Shown one piece after another: positions 63,351 through 64,000 of a stretch of DNA of 64,000 bases; positions within the stretch are counted from its first letter, which is position 1, and every line of letters starts with the position of its first letter. The position numbers were made by a program, and so were the translations under genes. Origin of the DNA: an uncultured Methylomirabilota bacterium. GTDB taxonomy: Bacteria; Methylomirabilota; Methylomirabilia; Methylomirabilales; 2-02-FULL-66-22. Location: contig OY970067.1 in the NCBI GenBank assembly GCA_963705305.1, positions 4,192,001 through 4,256,000 on the forward strand, in the 5' to 3' direction. Below the pieces are notes generated by a model. It had not been told where the DNA came from and did not search any database. It saw only the letters and a program-made list of their open reading frames with translations.

Positions 63351-63992
63351 TCAGGCGAGGGGAATCTTCTCCGCGAGCTTCGCCCGGGGTATCGCGCCTT
63401 CGCGCAGCAGGCGGGCCGGCGTGACGGTGCAGTCGAGGACGGTTGACGGGACGCCCAGGGTCACGCGGCCGCCGTCCAGGATCAGGTCGATCTGGCCGCC
63501 GATGGCCCGCTGGACCGTCTTGGCGTCGGCCGGATCGGCGCCGCCGCTCTTGTTCGCGCTGGTCCCGATGCACGGGCCGTTGAAGGCGCGCAGGACGGCC
63601 TGGGCCACGGCACCGGCCGGCATGCGGACGCCGATCGTCCCGGTCGAGCCGGCCAGGGCGGCTGGAACCTTGGAGGCGGCCTTCACCACCAGCGTCAAGG
63701 GTCCGGGCCAGAACGCATGCATCAGCAGGCGCGCGTCCTGGGGCAGCACGGCCGCAAGGTCGGCCGCGGCCTCCGCCGAGCCTACGAGGACGCTCAGCGG
63801 CTTCCCGTGATGGCGCCCCTTGGTCAAAAGCACCTTCTCGATGGCGGCGGCTTCAAGGGCATTCGCCCCCAGGGCGTACAGGGTGTCGGTGGGAAACGCG
63901 ACCAGCCCTCCCCGCCGGAGCACATCCGCGGCCTGGGCGACGATCTCCGGCTGGGGGGACTTCGAATCTACCGCAAGCACGCGCGTCTTCAC
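63351..63992 (-). CDS. tsaC: Threonylcarbamoyl-AMP synthase (TsaC/Sua5 YrdC domain)
   Basis: VAFPTDTLYALG, KGR, FWPGPLT, TSANKSG, STVLD, LLREG. Confidence 0.95.
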   Translation of the reverse strand: MKTRVLAVDSKSPQPEIVAQAADVLRRGGLVAFPTDTLYALGANALEAAAIEKVLLTKGRHHGKPLSVLVGSAEAAADLAAVLPQDARLLMHAFWPGPLTLVVKAASKVPAALAGSTGTIGVRMPAGAVAQAVLRAFNGPCIGTSANKSGGADPADAKTVQRAIGGQIDLILDGGRVTLGVPSTVLDCTVTPARLLREGAIPRAKLAEKIPLA

Positions 63993-64000
63993 GGATCTGG

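Overview
GC-rich bacterial chromosomal window. The gene content and repeat families suggest an anaerobe, but the taxon cannot be established from sequence alone. Left end: a partial RyR-domain/TPR/SLOG-like gene (missing from the ORF track), a candidate XerCD dif site (1945-1972) and a TPR gene. 2.8-15.1 kb: an integrase-less island in tRNA-Arg(CCT), bounded by 44-bp att repeats and holding three IS21 elements, at least one nested inside another. The interrupted IS21 carries a small Cys-rich gene followed by a 4-copy, ~70-bp-period motif array directly upstream of istA. 15-41 kb: mostly minus-strand housekeeping genes (apt, acyP, pcm, surE, MerR, HU/IHF, SPOR, miaB, two peptide ABC systems sharing one ATPase pair, aminotransferase, coaD, rsmD, recG, rpmB, relA/spoT), two tRNA-Pro genes, an IS1380 and several MITE/REP-like repeats. 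41.4-42.1 kb: decayed DNA ligase and creatininase fragments around an AT-rich tract. 42-58 kb: an apparent two-tier sigma54 redox cascade. A XylR/V4R activator faces an operon of ATPase, 2-oxoacid:ferredoxin oxidoreductase delta/alpha/beta (no gamma), NuoEFG-like module 1, a ferredoxin and a histidine kinase/NtrC pair. A second sigma54 promoter precedes module 2, whose NuoE-like subunit is fused to a receiver domain. Right end: frameshifted lhr and tsaC.
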